A DNA stretch of 64,000 nucleotides from Tubulanus polymorphus. Lineage: Eukaryota; Animalia; Nemertea. The position numbers and the translations under genes were made by a program. Location: NCBI RefSeq assembly GCF_964204645.1, contig NC_134028.1:24672345-24736344 (forward strand), read 5' to 3'. Below, in pieces: positions 13,901 through 27,300 of this stretch. The notes beneath the pieces are model-generated. The model saw only the letters and a program-made list of their open reading frames with translations. It had not been told where the DNA came from and made no database searches. Numbering within the stretch: position 1 is the stretch's first letter; each line of letters opens with the position of its first letter.

Positions 13901-16900
13901 GAAAAGAAAGAAAAATAAGAATCAGGGAAAGTCAGAGAAATTTGTGAAGATAGTTTGATTGTGTATTTAATGGAACAGTTTTGGTTTTATGTACTTGGCT
14001 CTTTCAACTGATTGGATTCTTGGCAGATCAATTCAGGGAACGAAAAACAACTTGTATGTCAGGGAAAGGTGAGGGCAAAAAGCAAATCAAATGTATCCGC
14101 TATTAGAAGGAAATCCACTGCCTGGTGGATGTTAGGGGTTCGGTACCTGTGAGATTACTTTCACGGGAATAAATGTAGGAGTTGCTTATGACAACCTTTT
14201 CAATGAAGCAATGCTTGAGACTAATGATAATCAGATTTAATTATGAAACCATGAAAGCGGGGTCTCTTGAGTATCAATCATTATCGAGGTATATTTAGCG
14301 ATGAAGATAATTAAATCTCACTTGTTGTGGTTATTATTTACAGGTATCGGTGATCTGGATGATTTCGGTACTCTGCCTGCCAAATATAAACTGTTACCCA
14401 AAGAAGAAAAACTCGTTAAAAACGCTAGCGATCGTAAATTAAAAGTGAATTCGGTGTAAGTATTATTGGTATGATTCGGTGTTAATTCTACGTGTTATCG
14501 AATGAACGCTAACCCGACCGATTTCATGCATGAATTATCACGATGTTGAATTGATTTTCAGAGATAATTTCGAAGGTCTAGCGCCTTTATCATCACCAGG
14601 AAAGCCGGGTAGCCATAAGGGTAAAAATTCGATATCTAGTCCTAGTCGCGCTGGTCAAAAAACGAAAGAAGACGGCTGGAAAGAAGTGATTCGAAAGTAA
14701 GTAAACATTCATTGGAGGTTAGGTTATCAGGGATGAGAATTCAAAGGCTTCAGATCGTGATTCATTAAGAAACACTTTCACTAACGCCGGAATGTTTTTG
14801 CAGGTCAAAGAAAGTAGCGGTTCCAGCGACTGCTATAAGCCGTGTGATTGGTCGAGCCGGAGCTAATATAAACGCTATACGGGAGGTTACCGGAGCTCAT
14901 ATAGAGGTCGATAAACAGAAAGGAGGAGGTGATCGCACTATTACTATCAAGTAAGTGTGAAAAATTCAATTGATTTTACAAATTATCGGTTATAACTAAC
15001 TGATTACCGGTACAGTTGTTTGAACATGGACCCAGTTCCACTGTTGTGAGTTAGAGTTAACTCTAGTTGGGGTTGGGGTCCCTTGAAAATTAGTAAGAAT
15101 TGGATCCCTTTCTGAGCATCTAGCGACTCCAAATCTAAATGATCAGCTATTGTTAGCCAGTACTGTAGCAGTTTTTACAAGTGATGAGAATTCGAAAGGT
15201 TAAGACTGACGCATGTTGATCATTCTTGTGGCTTTATTGGAGGACTTTGACGTCATTGAAGGAAATTGAAAAAAAATTCTAACTAAAGATCCGAACGCTT
15301 CTACTGATTCAGACACACGTGGAGCGTCGACCTTATTTTGTATTTGGGTTCGCCTTCTGCCTCCGCTTACAAATTGAATATTTGCTGTTGTTTTGTGGAT
15401 ATTTATAGAAATCTGATAAATTACTTCAATGGCTTCAGCTGTGTCTCGATAATCATATGATAGTGACGATAAGAATCTGGGCTTATATAGACCTGAATTC
15501 AGCCAGGCTTCTCAGAGCTGATCCAACCATATTTCAGATACTGCCTGATCAGATACTGTACTATCACACTAGCTACTCCTGGGTGGAAAGAGGTTATGAG
15601 GGTGAAGCCTGCCCGAGGACACTCCGGTTATGAGTGGAATTCAAACCCACGACCTGATTTTAAGTGGGAATGGTTGGCACTGAAAATTTGTTGGACTTAT
15701 CTGAGAGTCGCAAAAATAATTCGGCAAACATCCGAGTTAAACGGTTATCTGGTTGAGTTTATAGGATCTGACTTCAGCACAGTTTGATGAATGTGCTATA
15801 AACGATTGTTTATTTTGCAGGGGTTCGGCGGAATCAACACGTCAGGCGCATACACTGATAACAACATTAATCAAAGAACCTGATCGCGATCTTATCGAAA
15901 TACTACCAAAAAAAGCGAAGATTTCTCAACAACAACAACAGCAGCAGCAGCAGCCGGTTATCAATGTGTTCACCGTACCGACGACTGTTCAACAAAATGG
16001 CGGTCAAACGAGTCCACAGGTCGGTCAGAAATCGATGAAATCCGCATCGGGTGGAACCGGGTCGTCGGATAGCGGTCAGAAACTGGCTCGTCGCACGAGT
16101 AACCCGTCATCCACGCAGGTCTGGTCGATTCCGACATCGACGCCAGCCGCCGCCACCGCGTCTCACAATAAACGCGGTAAACCGGTGAACACGGTGATAC
16201 CGTCGTGTGGCACAAAGAGTCCCGGAGTCGTATCGCGTCAACTATTCACCGCCGATAAACTGACGACGTCGTCGACGATGATAACGACATCGGCGAAGAC
16301 GACGATCACGTTTACCGCGTCGTCGGGAGTCTCGAGTCCTCATCTCGTTACTACGTCCGCCGGTATCGGTATGATCACCAGTAAACCGACCGGATTTGCG
16401 ACGAAAATCCAACCGGTGATGTCATCATCGGCGACGCGTTGCGATCATACCGCGATTAAAACACCCGGTCAGCCGATAATACACGCAGCGGTGCACCAGC
16501 GTAATACATCGTCACCGGCGCCGGGAGAATACTCGCCGTTTAATAATCTATTCAGTCCCGTCGCTGATCAGGTGCTCGGTAAAAAAGATGGCGACATCGG
16601 CGAAAATCGGATGAATTTCGCGAGCGTCGCCGCGGCCGGTGTCGTTTCGACGACTTCCTGTTTGACGCCGACGCCGTCTTTATCACCGCGCGATCTCGAC
16701 GTCGATCCGATACTGCAGGCGAAGGCGCCCGGTTATAAACCGTGCCCGCAGCAGCGCGCCGCGTCGCCCATGTTCCACGACGCGAACATGGCGAAAGCGC
16801 CCGGTTACAAACCGCACGGTCTTCATCACCCGGGCGCGCCGCCGATGTCCAACATGTCGAATCTATCTCAACAATCGTTAGCCAATCAGCTTCAGACGTT

Positions 16901-19424
16901 GCAGCTATCGATGGCGCAATTACAACTAGCGGCGGCGAATATGAACATGCTCGAGGCGCAGAAAGCGCCCGGATATCATCGCGGAATGTCGTCCGGTTCG
17001 GCGCACGGGTTCCTCGGCGAGTTCTCTTCGCACACGGGTCTCGGCACGACGATCGTACCGACTCGTGACGAGTACACCACCCCCGATCAGCCCATGACGC
17101 TGCCCAAAATCGAGAGCACGTTGAACCCGAACGCGCCTGATTTCACGTCGCGTATGAACATGACGAATTTCCAGCAGAACCCGGCCGCGTTTTACAAACA
17201 GAACCTTCTGTCGTTTAACAATGGTTCGTCGCCACGGCAGCAGCAGCAGCAGCAGCAGTCGGGGGCGTCGGGATTCCCTCAACATCGGTCGGGATTCCCT
17301 CAACACTTCGGCTCATCGTCGCAGAATGAATTCGCGAACAGTTTGAGCGTAGCGCCGGGACCGAGACCCAGTCAGTTCTCTCCGTTACCGCCAGGGGGCG
17401 GTGGCCGATCGAGTAGTAACAACAATTCGTCTCTCGGTTCGTCTTTAGGTAAGTTACATAGAAACTCATGAGGTCAGGTTCAGCCCGACCGGGGTCGAAA
17501 TTCGGAAAATCTTGGAAATTTCAACAACAAAATTTTTGAAATACATTTTAAACTTCACGTACCGTGGTTCTGGGATGTCAACTGCTCGCCCGTGATCTTT
17601 CTTGAAAAATAATTTGTATGATATCAATTAGTGAATGATATTGATTGTTTGTTTCTAGAAGAACCACACGCCGTGAATTCACACCTTACCGAATCAGTTC
17701 CTAGTCCGAGTCGATCTCCAACTGAAATAGACGATCGAAGGTTCCCTCGTCCGATCGGTAACGAGCGCGCTCATAAAAAACCGGTTTCTAATCAGTTCGG
17801 TTCGGCGATGGGTGATGTGCCTCTGTGGATGTTTGGTCCAGGTATGTGTCGGGGTTACTGCGATCTGGGTTTAAACGATCTGGGTTTTCACTTGAATTAA
17901 ACTTCACGATTTTCAAATCATTAAAAATGTTGAATCAAATCGGTTAAACCCCTGAAATATTTCAAGTTCAATATCCCAGGGTTTCCGTTAATTGCGATAA
18001 GGGATCATTTCATTTATTAGGTACGCATAACATTTGAATTTTTCAACCCCTCCACGCAAAATCGGCCATTTTTTCATACACATTAAGCATCACAGTACGC
18101 AATTGCACTGACTCTTCCCCCTCCCCTAATGCGTACGTAATAAATGAATGACCCCCTAAATTCATGGTTTTCACTATTAAACATTCCACCTTCCACGGTG
18201 CTGCTTTGTTTGGTTTGAATTAAGAGTAGCGCCATCTATCAGATGTCTATCAAATGAAATAATGGCGAGGACGTATAAATATGTGCGACACGCTCGGGTG
18301 AACGTTGTTACGTTGACATAAATAGATGCCCTAAACCTTTACTACAGATTAGTCGGGGACCCACGAAACCTCTAAAATGTTGATCTCATCGGAAGAAAGT
18401 CTTCTTGCGTTTTGTTAAAAAATTGCGTTGTGAAAAACGAAACGACGTTTAATGCGTTTATTTCTTGTTAGTAGATGTGACGTCTGATTGGTTAACGAAT
18501 ACATCGTCGGGTATATCTACCGATGCGGGCTCGAGCGGAGTTTTATCATCGCTCGGTTCATCGGCCGACGATCGACCTCATAGTGCACCCGGTAATCCTG
18601 CTGTTATGTCTAGTTTTCTCAATCCGACCGGTTTATCGGAACAAGCGTTAGAACAGGCTTTACAGGTAAAACACGCATCGAATCGTGGGCACAATTTTCT
18701 AAAAGAAAAGTGATCTTTTGGTGTAAAAAAATTAGCATGGACCATGCTTTGTAAGGCTTTCTGATCTTTTGGTGTAAAAAAATTAGCAGAAAGCCTTACA
18801 AACCATGGTCCATGCTGGATTACAAGATATAGTTTGAATAGTCAACTATTTTTCAATATTTTCATTGCAGGCGCCGGCTTTGATGATGGCAAATTTTGCG
18901 AATTCAAACGGTGGGGTAGGGTCTATATTTCCTGGTACGGGGACGTCGTCCGACGCCAATGAATCGTCTTCTTTATGGGAACCGCAGGTAAATTATACAA
19001 TAATTCACTGAATTGACTCGTGGCAAGTGAGGATTGCGACATGTTCCGTTAGTTTTACGCGTAGTTAACTCAGTTGGCGCTTCACTTTCAATCAAAATTT
19101 AATCAAAATTTTCTCATTAGTTAAAAATCAATTTTCAGTGAAATTTGTACCATACACCGAGTAAGAATGAAAGTTAAACCTATGATGAATCGTTTGATAT
19201 TATTCGGTTTCAAGAACCTAAAAAATCCAGTTCAAAGTTCATTGAAAATGATCTAATTGTCGCTACCTTAACAAGATTAAATATGCTTGTAGCGCCATCT
19301 GGTGTTTTCAGTCGGTACTACATTCAAGCCGAAATTTATAATCTTTATTGATAGTGTAAATCATTGATTGTTGTAGATGTGGAACTCGACGAGTAACTGG
19401 AGTGAACAACCACCTGCGATGTAG
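1..19424 (+). CDS. ANKHD1: Ankyrin repeat and KH domain-containing protein (ANKHD1/ANKRD17/Mask ortholog), 5'-partial, multi-exon
   Basis: Phase-consistent GT-AG exons: <1-156, 1191-1366, 1895-1956, 2232-2428, 12781-13007, 13230-13822, 14344-14455, 14562-14696, 14804-14950, 15821-17448, 17659-17841, 18472/18475-18665, 18871-18987, 19377-19424 (stop TAG). Ankyrin repeats NAQIETNRNTALTLACFQGR, TGLTPLMEAASGGY and SSRDTALTIAADKGH; Mask-typical QFPSDQEC..AKDRQAAEANKNASILL..KREKRKKKRK; KH domain VPATAISRVIGRAGANINAIREVTGAHIEVDK; C-terminal RPIGNERA. Confidence 0.95.
4597..4807. repeat. 103-bp tandem duplication (2 copies, 1 mismatch)
   Basis: CGAGTATATCTACGAGAAG... begins at 4597 and 4700; CGAGT microhomology at 4803. 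Confidence 0.9.
4889..4928 (+). repeat. (CTG)n microsatellite
   Basis: Run of CTG triplets with one CTA interruption. Confidence 0.85.
6571..6747. mobile_element. Same MITE family as 28147-28350 (degenerate copy)
   Basis: Starts TTA|GGCTAAAA and ends GAGAAACAAGGTATCAATTTTTTAGCC. Confidence 0.6.
18001..18156. mobile_element. PIF/Harbinger-type MITE
   Basis: TIRs GGGATCATTTCATTTATT and AATAAATGAATGACCCCC, with a TAA target-site duplication on both sides. A fragment of the same end lies at ~25773. Confidence 0.7.
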
Positions 19425-19599
19425 TTTCAACTCCTCAACAATTATATACAGACAGACATTCATCCTAAATTAATGACTATTGATAATAATAATAATAATG
19501 ATAATAAATACTGTGTTTTCTCAATGTGCTAAAACTATGGATAATTTAATCACACACGTGCAATTTAGAAATTGGTTTATCAGTGCATTATACCTTACA

Positions 19600-19915
19600 C
19601 CAGCTACTAGACAGGGCATACTGCTTAACTGCGGACAGCTTACCGGTAGTAGACAGCGATGTTGGTCTAGCAGACAGCATTGTTTGGTCTAGTAGTTAGT
19701 GATATTGCGTCTTTATAGACAGTGATGTTGGTCTAGCAGACAGTCTAGTTGACAGCAATGTTTCAAACAGTAGACAGCGCTGTTGGTCTAAGGAACCGTC
19801 TGGTAAGACAACGATATCATTGGTCTTCATAAAAGACTGATGTTGGTCTAGCAGTCAGTCTAGACAGTGATTTCGTCTAGTGGACTGGCGTTGCGTCTTA
19901 TTAGACAGCGATATC
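19600..19915 (+). repeat. Degenerate minisatellite in the ANKHD1 3'UTR
   Basis: Repeated TAGACAGYGATGTTGGTCTAGCAGACAG-like units. Confidence 0.7.
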
Positions 19916-21209
19916 GCTAATAGTTGTGTATGGAATATAATTGAGTATAAACACTGCTCATGTTTGATCGTAATTATTCAACATTGTTGTCGTATTCAGT
20001 CCTCTCGATTATTGAGACTTCCGTGTGTAATGAAAAAAAAAACGAGACTCGTATATTTTGGTCCGGATGATAAGATTCTTCTGCGTGTTGAATTTTAATT
20101 AACAATCTTTATCTCGTAAAAATAGGTATAATAATAATAATTATGATAATAATAATGATGATGATGATTTATGTGTACGGTAGGACGAATTATTCTTTTT
20201 ATTTCATGGACGAAAAAATTTGACGTCGGATCTTTCGAGAAGGAAGTTCTCTGCGGCGATCATTCGAAAATTTCTTTCGGCAATCACGAGATACAAATCG
20301 TAAAAAAAAAAATTTATGTGGTTAAGTGATTGTTGAGACTTATTTTCTTGCTTTTGTTACCATGGCGATGGTGACGTTAATGTAAAACTGCATATACTAC
20401 AATAAAGATAAATTAGCCTCAAACTAAAAAACAGTGAAAAAGTATCGAGTTTTGTTGAATGATAGTGAGAAAACATCTTTGATTTGGTTAGTGATACCCA
20501 TACAGTTACTGCGTGAGAAATGCTGAACCAAATCTGGTTTAACTGCAGTTCAGATTGGCTACCATCAAGAAGAGCAGTTACTCTGTAAACTGAACATATG
20601 ACCAAGAGAGGAGAGTAATATGGACCACTGTACTTTGAGGCCCCCACTGTACTTTGAGTCATTCTCTGCTGCATCGTAGCTGCATAATATCGATGGGAGA
20701 CTGGCTGGTATTCATTTTCTGGCAGTAAATTGGAATAAAAGTGGCATGTTCAAGATTGAATTGCAGATAGTTTACTGGTGAAAGTCGCTTACAGTGTGTC
20801 ACATCTTGACAGTTATAAGTGCAGCCATTGGAGGTGAATCTGTGAGCTGTACAATACTCTTATTGTTTATAAAGTAAGTGAGCGGATGAACACACTGAAT
20901 CTCCCAGTAATAAGTTAGTTCACGTATTCACCGCAATAATTGGGGCAGCACCTGACGGTTAGGATTTACTGCAAACAGTAGTGTCTAAAAAATCTACTGT
21001 GGCAGGCTAGTAATAGGTTAGTTCACGTTTTTGCCGTTGATATGTATAGGGGCAGCACTTGACGGTTGGAACCTTACACCGACTGCGGCATGCGAGTTAT
21101 GTGGATTTTGTCCTCAAGAGGAAAAACACATCAAAACTACATCGTTTTACTTAAACGAGATTTCCATAAGATAATTTACAACTGAAGCAATTTTCAACAA
21201 TATCAAATC

Positions 21210-21215
21210 TTTATT
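21210..21215 (-). terminator. Candidate polyadenylation signal of USP39
   Basis: AATAAA on the - strand, ~85 nt downstream of the stop codon. Confidence 0.5.
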
Positions 21216-21300
21216 TTCGTAAATTTTCTAAAATTCACATTTTTTCTGTATAAAGTTGGCAGTGTTTTTGTGTTGCGGTGATATATCATCGTCATCGAGT

Positions 21301-24300
21301 TCAACTAGTTGTTGTTGTTGTTGTTGTTGGTTTAGTCATAGAACTAGTCTCAGAAGTAGTTGATGGCTTAGATGAGCCGGTCTCAGTTGGAGGTTTAGAG
21401 CCGTTACTACTGCTGCTGCTGCCACTGTTAGCGTCAGCCGCATCAACTGTAATATTACTGCTACTGTTGTTCAATGTGGATGAGGAAGACACCTCTTTTT
21501 TTAATTCATAGATCTGAAAAATCATAAAATCATACGTGCAAAACAGTGCCAGATAGAAAAGTTCAGGTCAACTTGAAGTAAGATTTCGTAGATGGTAACC
21601 TAGGAAAGGGATGATTACCTGTATATATGATTCAGACAATGTAATCATTTGGGGTAAAACATCGATTACATGTAAATCTTGTATTTCATGCCATTTTCCA
21701 CTTCCCTAAAAATATACAAATGCATGTAAATAATATTCCTTAGATTATATTGCCAGCAGTTGATATCAAGAGTGAAATACACCAAGGAAAGAAGATTTAC
21801 TTGGAAGCATTTTCAAAACGATCTTACTATTTCACAGGGTGGCCACTTTAGAGTTGCTTTTCCCTGACTATTCCCTCCCTGACTCGAAGAATCAAGTAGC
21901 ACAGTTAAATACATAAGACATAGACCGAAGACTGTTTTATTTTACGTGCGATCCAGCAATCTCTAGACTTTCCCTGATTTCCAGGACAGTGGCCACCCTT
22001 GATTTGATTTAACGATCTACCTTGTGTAGTATATGTACTCTGTAAGTTCCTTTACCGGGCTCCGGTTCACCATCATGTACGATATTACACAATAAATCAT
22101 ACGCTGTGTGAGGATGACGCGATTTCACTTCAGGCGATAATAAATCACCGAAATCTATACCCCTGAAAACACGCAATCAAAACATATTCCATGAAGATTA
22201 GCATTTATTTTTGGAATCTAGAATGTTGTAAGGAAGCCACTTAATTTGGACCAATGATTGTGAGAAATCCTGATCAATATTTCACATATATTTATTCATA
22301 ATTAGACCCTAAACAATATCTGGTTTAGAACCTGAACGTAACCAAGTGAAGACTTATGGAAATAGGAATCTGGACTAAAAAATAAAGACAACCAAAAGTA
22401 CCAGTAATGTTGATGACTTAACCGAATGATGCCTTACACTTCATAAATTGAATTGGTAATACTAATTGGGATTAAAAAATAGGGACGAGTAAAAGTAATG
22501 TGACGACCTAACGGTGTTTCGATAGTCTGTCTGCCTGTCTGTACTCACTTGACGGGGAAATTCACGATCGTGTTATTTTTCTCAATCGTGTATCGATTTT
22601 TTGTGAAACGCTGAAAAAAGAACAACGTGAAGATATAACATTTATTTTCTCATCGACCCAAAGAAAACCGGCAGTTCCAGTTACAATAGATACCACTTCT
22701 TAGTATCAAATTTGCTCATTTCTCAAAACTGAAGGAGTTTTATAAAGAAAGTGTTTCAGGTATTTTCCTCAAATTAAAGGAGTATCAAGCACCTTTAAAT
22801 GCATTTTCCGTTAAGAAGAAGTTTTTAAGGAATGAAGGAGTCATAGAGAACTAACTCCTGATCTACCACAGTGAATTAATTACCTTTATATATAGAATCA
22901 AATACGGCGGTAATTTCGTGATTTCGAATCGTTTCATCGTTGAATCTCTGAATGTTTTATACTCTTTCTCGTTGACGCCGTTGAATTTCGCGAGAATCGT
23001 AGCTAACGGAACTTGAGGAATGATATTCTCCTGTAGTTCATCCGGGTACAAACGAGCCGATGGCAGATCACACGTCAAAAACAGGAACGGTGATTCGATC
23101 ATTTGTTCTACAATTAAAATGAATTAAGACATCAATACGACTAATTCATCAGTATTCGATAGCGTGCTGATAAAATGTCTAATGTCTGGGTCCAGTTCCA
23201 CAGTTCCGAGATTCGACTCTGAGTTAATTAATTGAAAATGAACTCACTTTAACTGAGAGTTAACTCTTAACTCTTGGTCCTGGTGTTTGTAGTTTATTTT
23301 CAATTAAAAATGTCTCATGTGAAATACTGAACACATGTAAAGCGCAAACCAGATTTGAGTATTCAGAATTCAGTGGTTTTCCGATTGATAACTACAGTAA
23401 TGACTGACTTTTAGCTACTTTCAGTCATTTGCATCGAAAATATCATAGATATATCGCAATGATCAACATACCTTTATATTCATCTGTTTGTAACAGTTTT
23501 GCTTTTTCTTCCTCTTTCTAAAGAATTATACAAAAAGAAATAGTAAACAGAAATCATAATCAAACAAAAACTAACAAAACATTAGAATTCAGAAGAGAAC
23601 TTACTAAATCAATGGCCGGCACTTTTCTGTAGAAAACTTTCATTTTTCCACGGAATGTTTTGTTGATGATGCTGCTGTTGATTTTCTTATTTCCATTCAA
23701 CGCCGAATGCAGGGCGTTTAAAAACCACGATAGGAACTCGATTGGGTCGCCTGAAAAAAATGAATCATCAAAAACATTGTTGCATCTAAATCTTGGGACG
23801 AGGTTTTTGGTTTTTTATTTTACGTGTATCTGCTAAATGAGGTACTGGCATTGATATTGCAACAAGTGAGGATACACCATTAGTCGCTTGTATTTCATCT
23901 ACATTTCCATTAAATTCAAATCAACTTTTCCAATAAGTAAATTTTCAGTGAAATCTTTACCGGTACCAAACACCGAGTTAGAAAGTCAATTTAGCAATCA
24001 ATATCTATTTAATGAGACTTGTTTGATAATATTCGGATTTGAAAGCCTAAAATTTCAGTTCAAATTTCATTCAGATATAAACTTATTTTTACTACAAATT
24101 ACCGAGTGTATAGTTGCCCCATCTAGCAATCTGCCAGAACCCCAATACTTTCCAAATTTTTGTAATAAAATTCAGACATTCTACTGTATGTCAATAAAGG
24201 AAAGATCAATATTATGTACAGGTTATTTCTTCACAAACCTTGTTGCGTGATCTGATATTTCTTTTGACTGCACAGTACAACAGATTGTAACATTTCGTGC

Positions 24301-27300
24301 GGACTGACGTGAGCTTTGAAATTCTTCGGGTTCCACAGTTTACGGATCAGTTCTCCGAGCCTCTGCACGAGTAAGAACATCTGATCGCCCGGTGGACGTT
24401 TTATTGACTTGTAATTGTCTTCGTTCAGGAAATAGTTCCTCAGCGGCGCGACGTGAGACAATGACTGAAAGTGCGCGATATTCGATTAAAATCTGATCGT
24501 GGCAAAAGTGATAATATTCTTTGGAGAAATTCTCGGAATACAAACCTGTAAAATTACATTACAATAATCGTTGAATTTGATATTGTTTAAACCAACAATG
24601 CCTAAAAATATGGAAAAAATATTTTTAACGTGCAATAATCACCGGAAAGGCGGTCGATTTTAAAATATTCATTCATTAAGTCTGACGTCTTGAGTTGAAC
24701 CTTGATACTCTTTTGGGTTTCACAAAATTTCGAACAAAGTTTCAAACTAACTCGGTGAAAATTCTGACACGTCGTCGGTATTTACCTGGTAGGTAGGTAG
24801 TGCCGTCGTAAGCGCGAGATGCTTTAGAGCTCGTTTCGAAAGCACGAATTTCAGCATGTCTGAACGTAGGATTTAACACATACTAAAACATGGATGAATA
24901 TAAATACCATGATTTTTGATTAGAAAATCCTACATAGAAATATAAAATAAAACATTGAAAAGCATTTACATCCACTTCTTTTTAAAATTTGAAGCTGGTC
25001 CCAGTTCCACAGTCCTTGGTTCAATCTGACTCCTGAGCGAAGTTCATTTTCAACTATAAACCCACAACAGTGGAACTGTTTCAACAACCGTGGAACTGGC
25101 TCCAAAACCATGGATCTGGCTCCACAACGGTGGAACTGACTCCATAATTCAGAAAACGATTCCACAACTGACACTCCATAACTCTGGAACTGCGCTTTAC
25201 TTAAAGATGACTTAGAAAACATGACTAAGAAATAAGTTGAATTCAATGGCAAAAATATTTCAATACTTACAGTAATATCCTCTAAGGAAGAATCAATGAT
25301 TTCATAATTATCCGGTAAACAATAGAATTTACGCGAGTCTAAATTCAGGAATACGTGATGACTGTCCTGAACGCTGTGAGTGTACGCGTGAGATTTAAAC
25401 CCTCGTCCTAAAATTAATCATAAAACAGATAGCATTCGTTAAGAGCTTGATGAAATTTCAACGAGAAATCTTTCATTTTTCGCCAAATCAGATTAACATA
25501 AAATTCGATAGGTCAAATTATCATATAAAATTTTTTTCGATGAAAATATAATAGTTTTCATTTACCTTGAAAATATTTTCCACAAACTAAACAGGCGTAG
25601 ACGTTTAGATGTGACAGAGAAACTGAGCACAACTTCTCGAAATCGAAGTCTAACAATGACCTGTAATTAAGTGTTATACATCATCGATAATCGCACTAAG
25701 GTTATCTGCGAATTTAACATGGAAAATTGGAAAAACGTCAGAGGCTGCAGTTGCCTAAAAGTAGGTCAACCAGGGGATCATTCATTTATTACATACGCAT
25801 GAAATTTGACTAATTTCAAGTAAGTTTCAAAAACTAGTTTCAAAAAAACTTTAGAGCAACTGGCCCCTCAGTTCTATCGAGTCAAACTTGGTCCTCTGTA
25901 TCTGTTGTGGTATCCGGATACTGACCTGTTGATTGTATCTAGATACGGACAGTGTCGACTTCTTTTATCTTCTACGTTTCCTTTTCTACTGATTTTCACT
26001 GAAATGTTTTAAAACAGGTTGAAATGATTAGCTGTCAAAGAGTTATAGTCTTTAATTTCTATACGTTTATGGTCCGTTTAATGAAATGACCACATTCTGA
26101 GGTCACTTAGAATCTCATATGTAAGACTGGTGTGTTACTACTTAAAATGATGTGTTCTATACAGGCATCGTACATCAGTGAAAATATTAAAATATCATAT
26201 GATAGATTAATATACAAAAAACCTGGTACGAAGTGAAAATAATTTGAACATGCTCAAAATATAATTAGACATCGATATGCATGGAAACATGAAACCAAAA
26301 ATGCTACCTGTCATGTAGCTGTAGATGGTAATTACTGCAGGGAAGCTTGTTATTTTCGAAATCGAAAATTCTAATGACTGCCGGTAATCAGATATTACTT
26401 TGCAACTGCTGAGGGAAGCAATTAATTCAAATCATATGTTAGTTTATTCAGTTAACATTAGTGGAGGCCGGACTTATGCCTGGTGTCGACAACCGAGCAG
26501 TGAATTTGAATAGTGAAGGAATTTCGTACATTGTTGAAGTTGCTTGTTATGGAGCACCGACTGAGAGCGCGGCTTATAGCGTCGCTGATCATCTGGATCA
26601 TCTGTCAAGTTCTCATCACACACGCTGATCATGCAGACTCTATCAAGGAAATGTCTGTGACGGTCAGTTCGTCTTGTAACAACACGTGGTACCAAGTCGA
26701 TTCTACGTCAGGTTACATCGTTTCACCGAATTATCCGTCATTAACGCGCGGTGTTGAATGTCACTGGTTCGTCAACAGCTCTTTATCGGGAACTTTTCAC
26801 GTTCAAGTTCATCACGATATCGAGCCGTCGATATTCTGTAGTGATAGCTACCTTCTCGTCTATGAGTCTGATAACCTATTGTGCGGTGAAGGAAAACGTG
26901 AAATCCTCCAGAACAATTCCATTTCGTTTATGTTTAAAAGCAACGTCAATGGTGCGCAGGGTAGTTGGGTTTATATTATATATCGTTATGAACACAGCCA
27001 TTTGCAAATTAGTCATAACTGCAGAACACATAATCTCAGATTGAAGGAATTACTAACATCGAAGGGATACAAATACAGTATAAACAGGCTACATATTTGT
27101 CAGTTGTTTCTAGAATGGATCGGGATGCCTGATGGTTTTGCTATGAACTTGACATTGAGTGGGATAACTATAAAATCAATTCCATCTGCTGATCCAGCGA
27201 CTTCTATTGTTAAAATCCACGATGGATGGAACAGCAGCAGTGAACCAATAGCTCTTATACAGCATCAAATCGGACATCCACCTTCATCCTTTCATACTAA

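Noticed and set aside
15181-15252. Possible C/D snoRNA (GTGATGA...CTGA)
   Set aside because: No canonical terminal D box or stem, and no rRNA complementarity that I can recognise.
23888-24250. 120-aa + strand ORF in a USP39 intron
   Set aside because: AT-rich intronic sequence, TTG start, no motif.
24996-25193. CRISPR-like short repeats with spacers
   Set aside because: Eukaryotic intron, irregular degenerate repeats belonging to a dispersed MITE-like family, and no cas genes.
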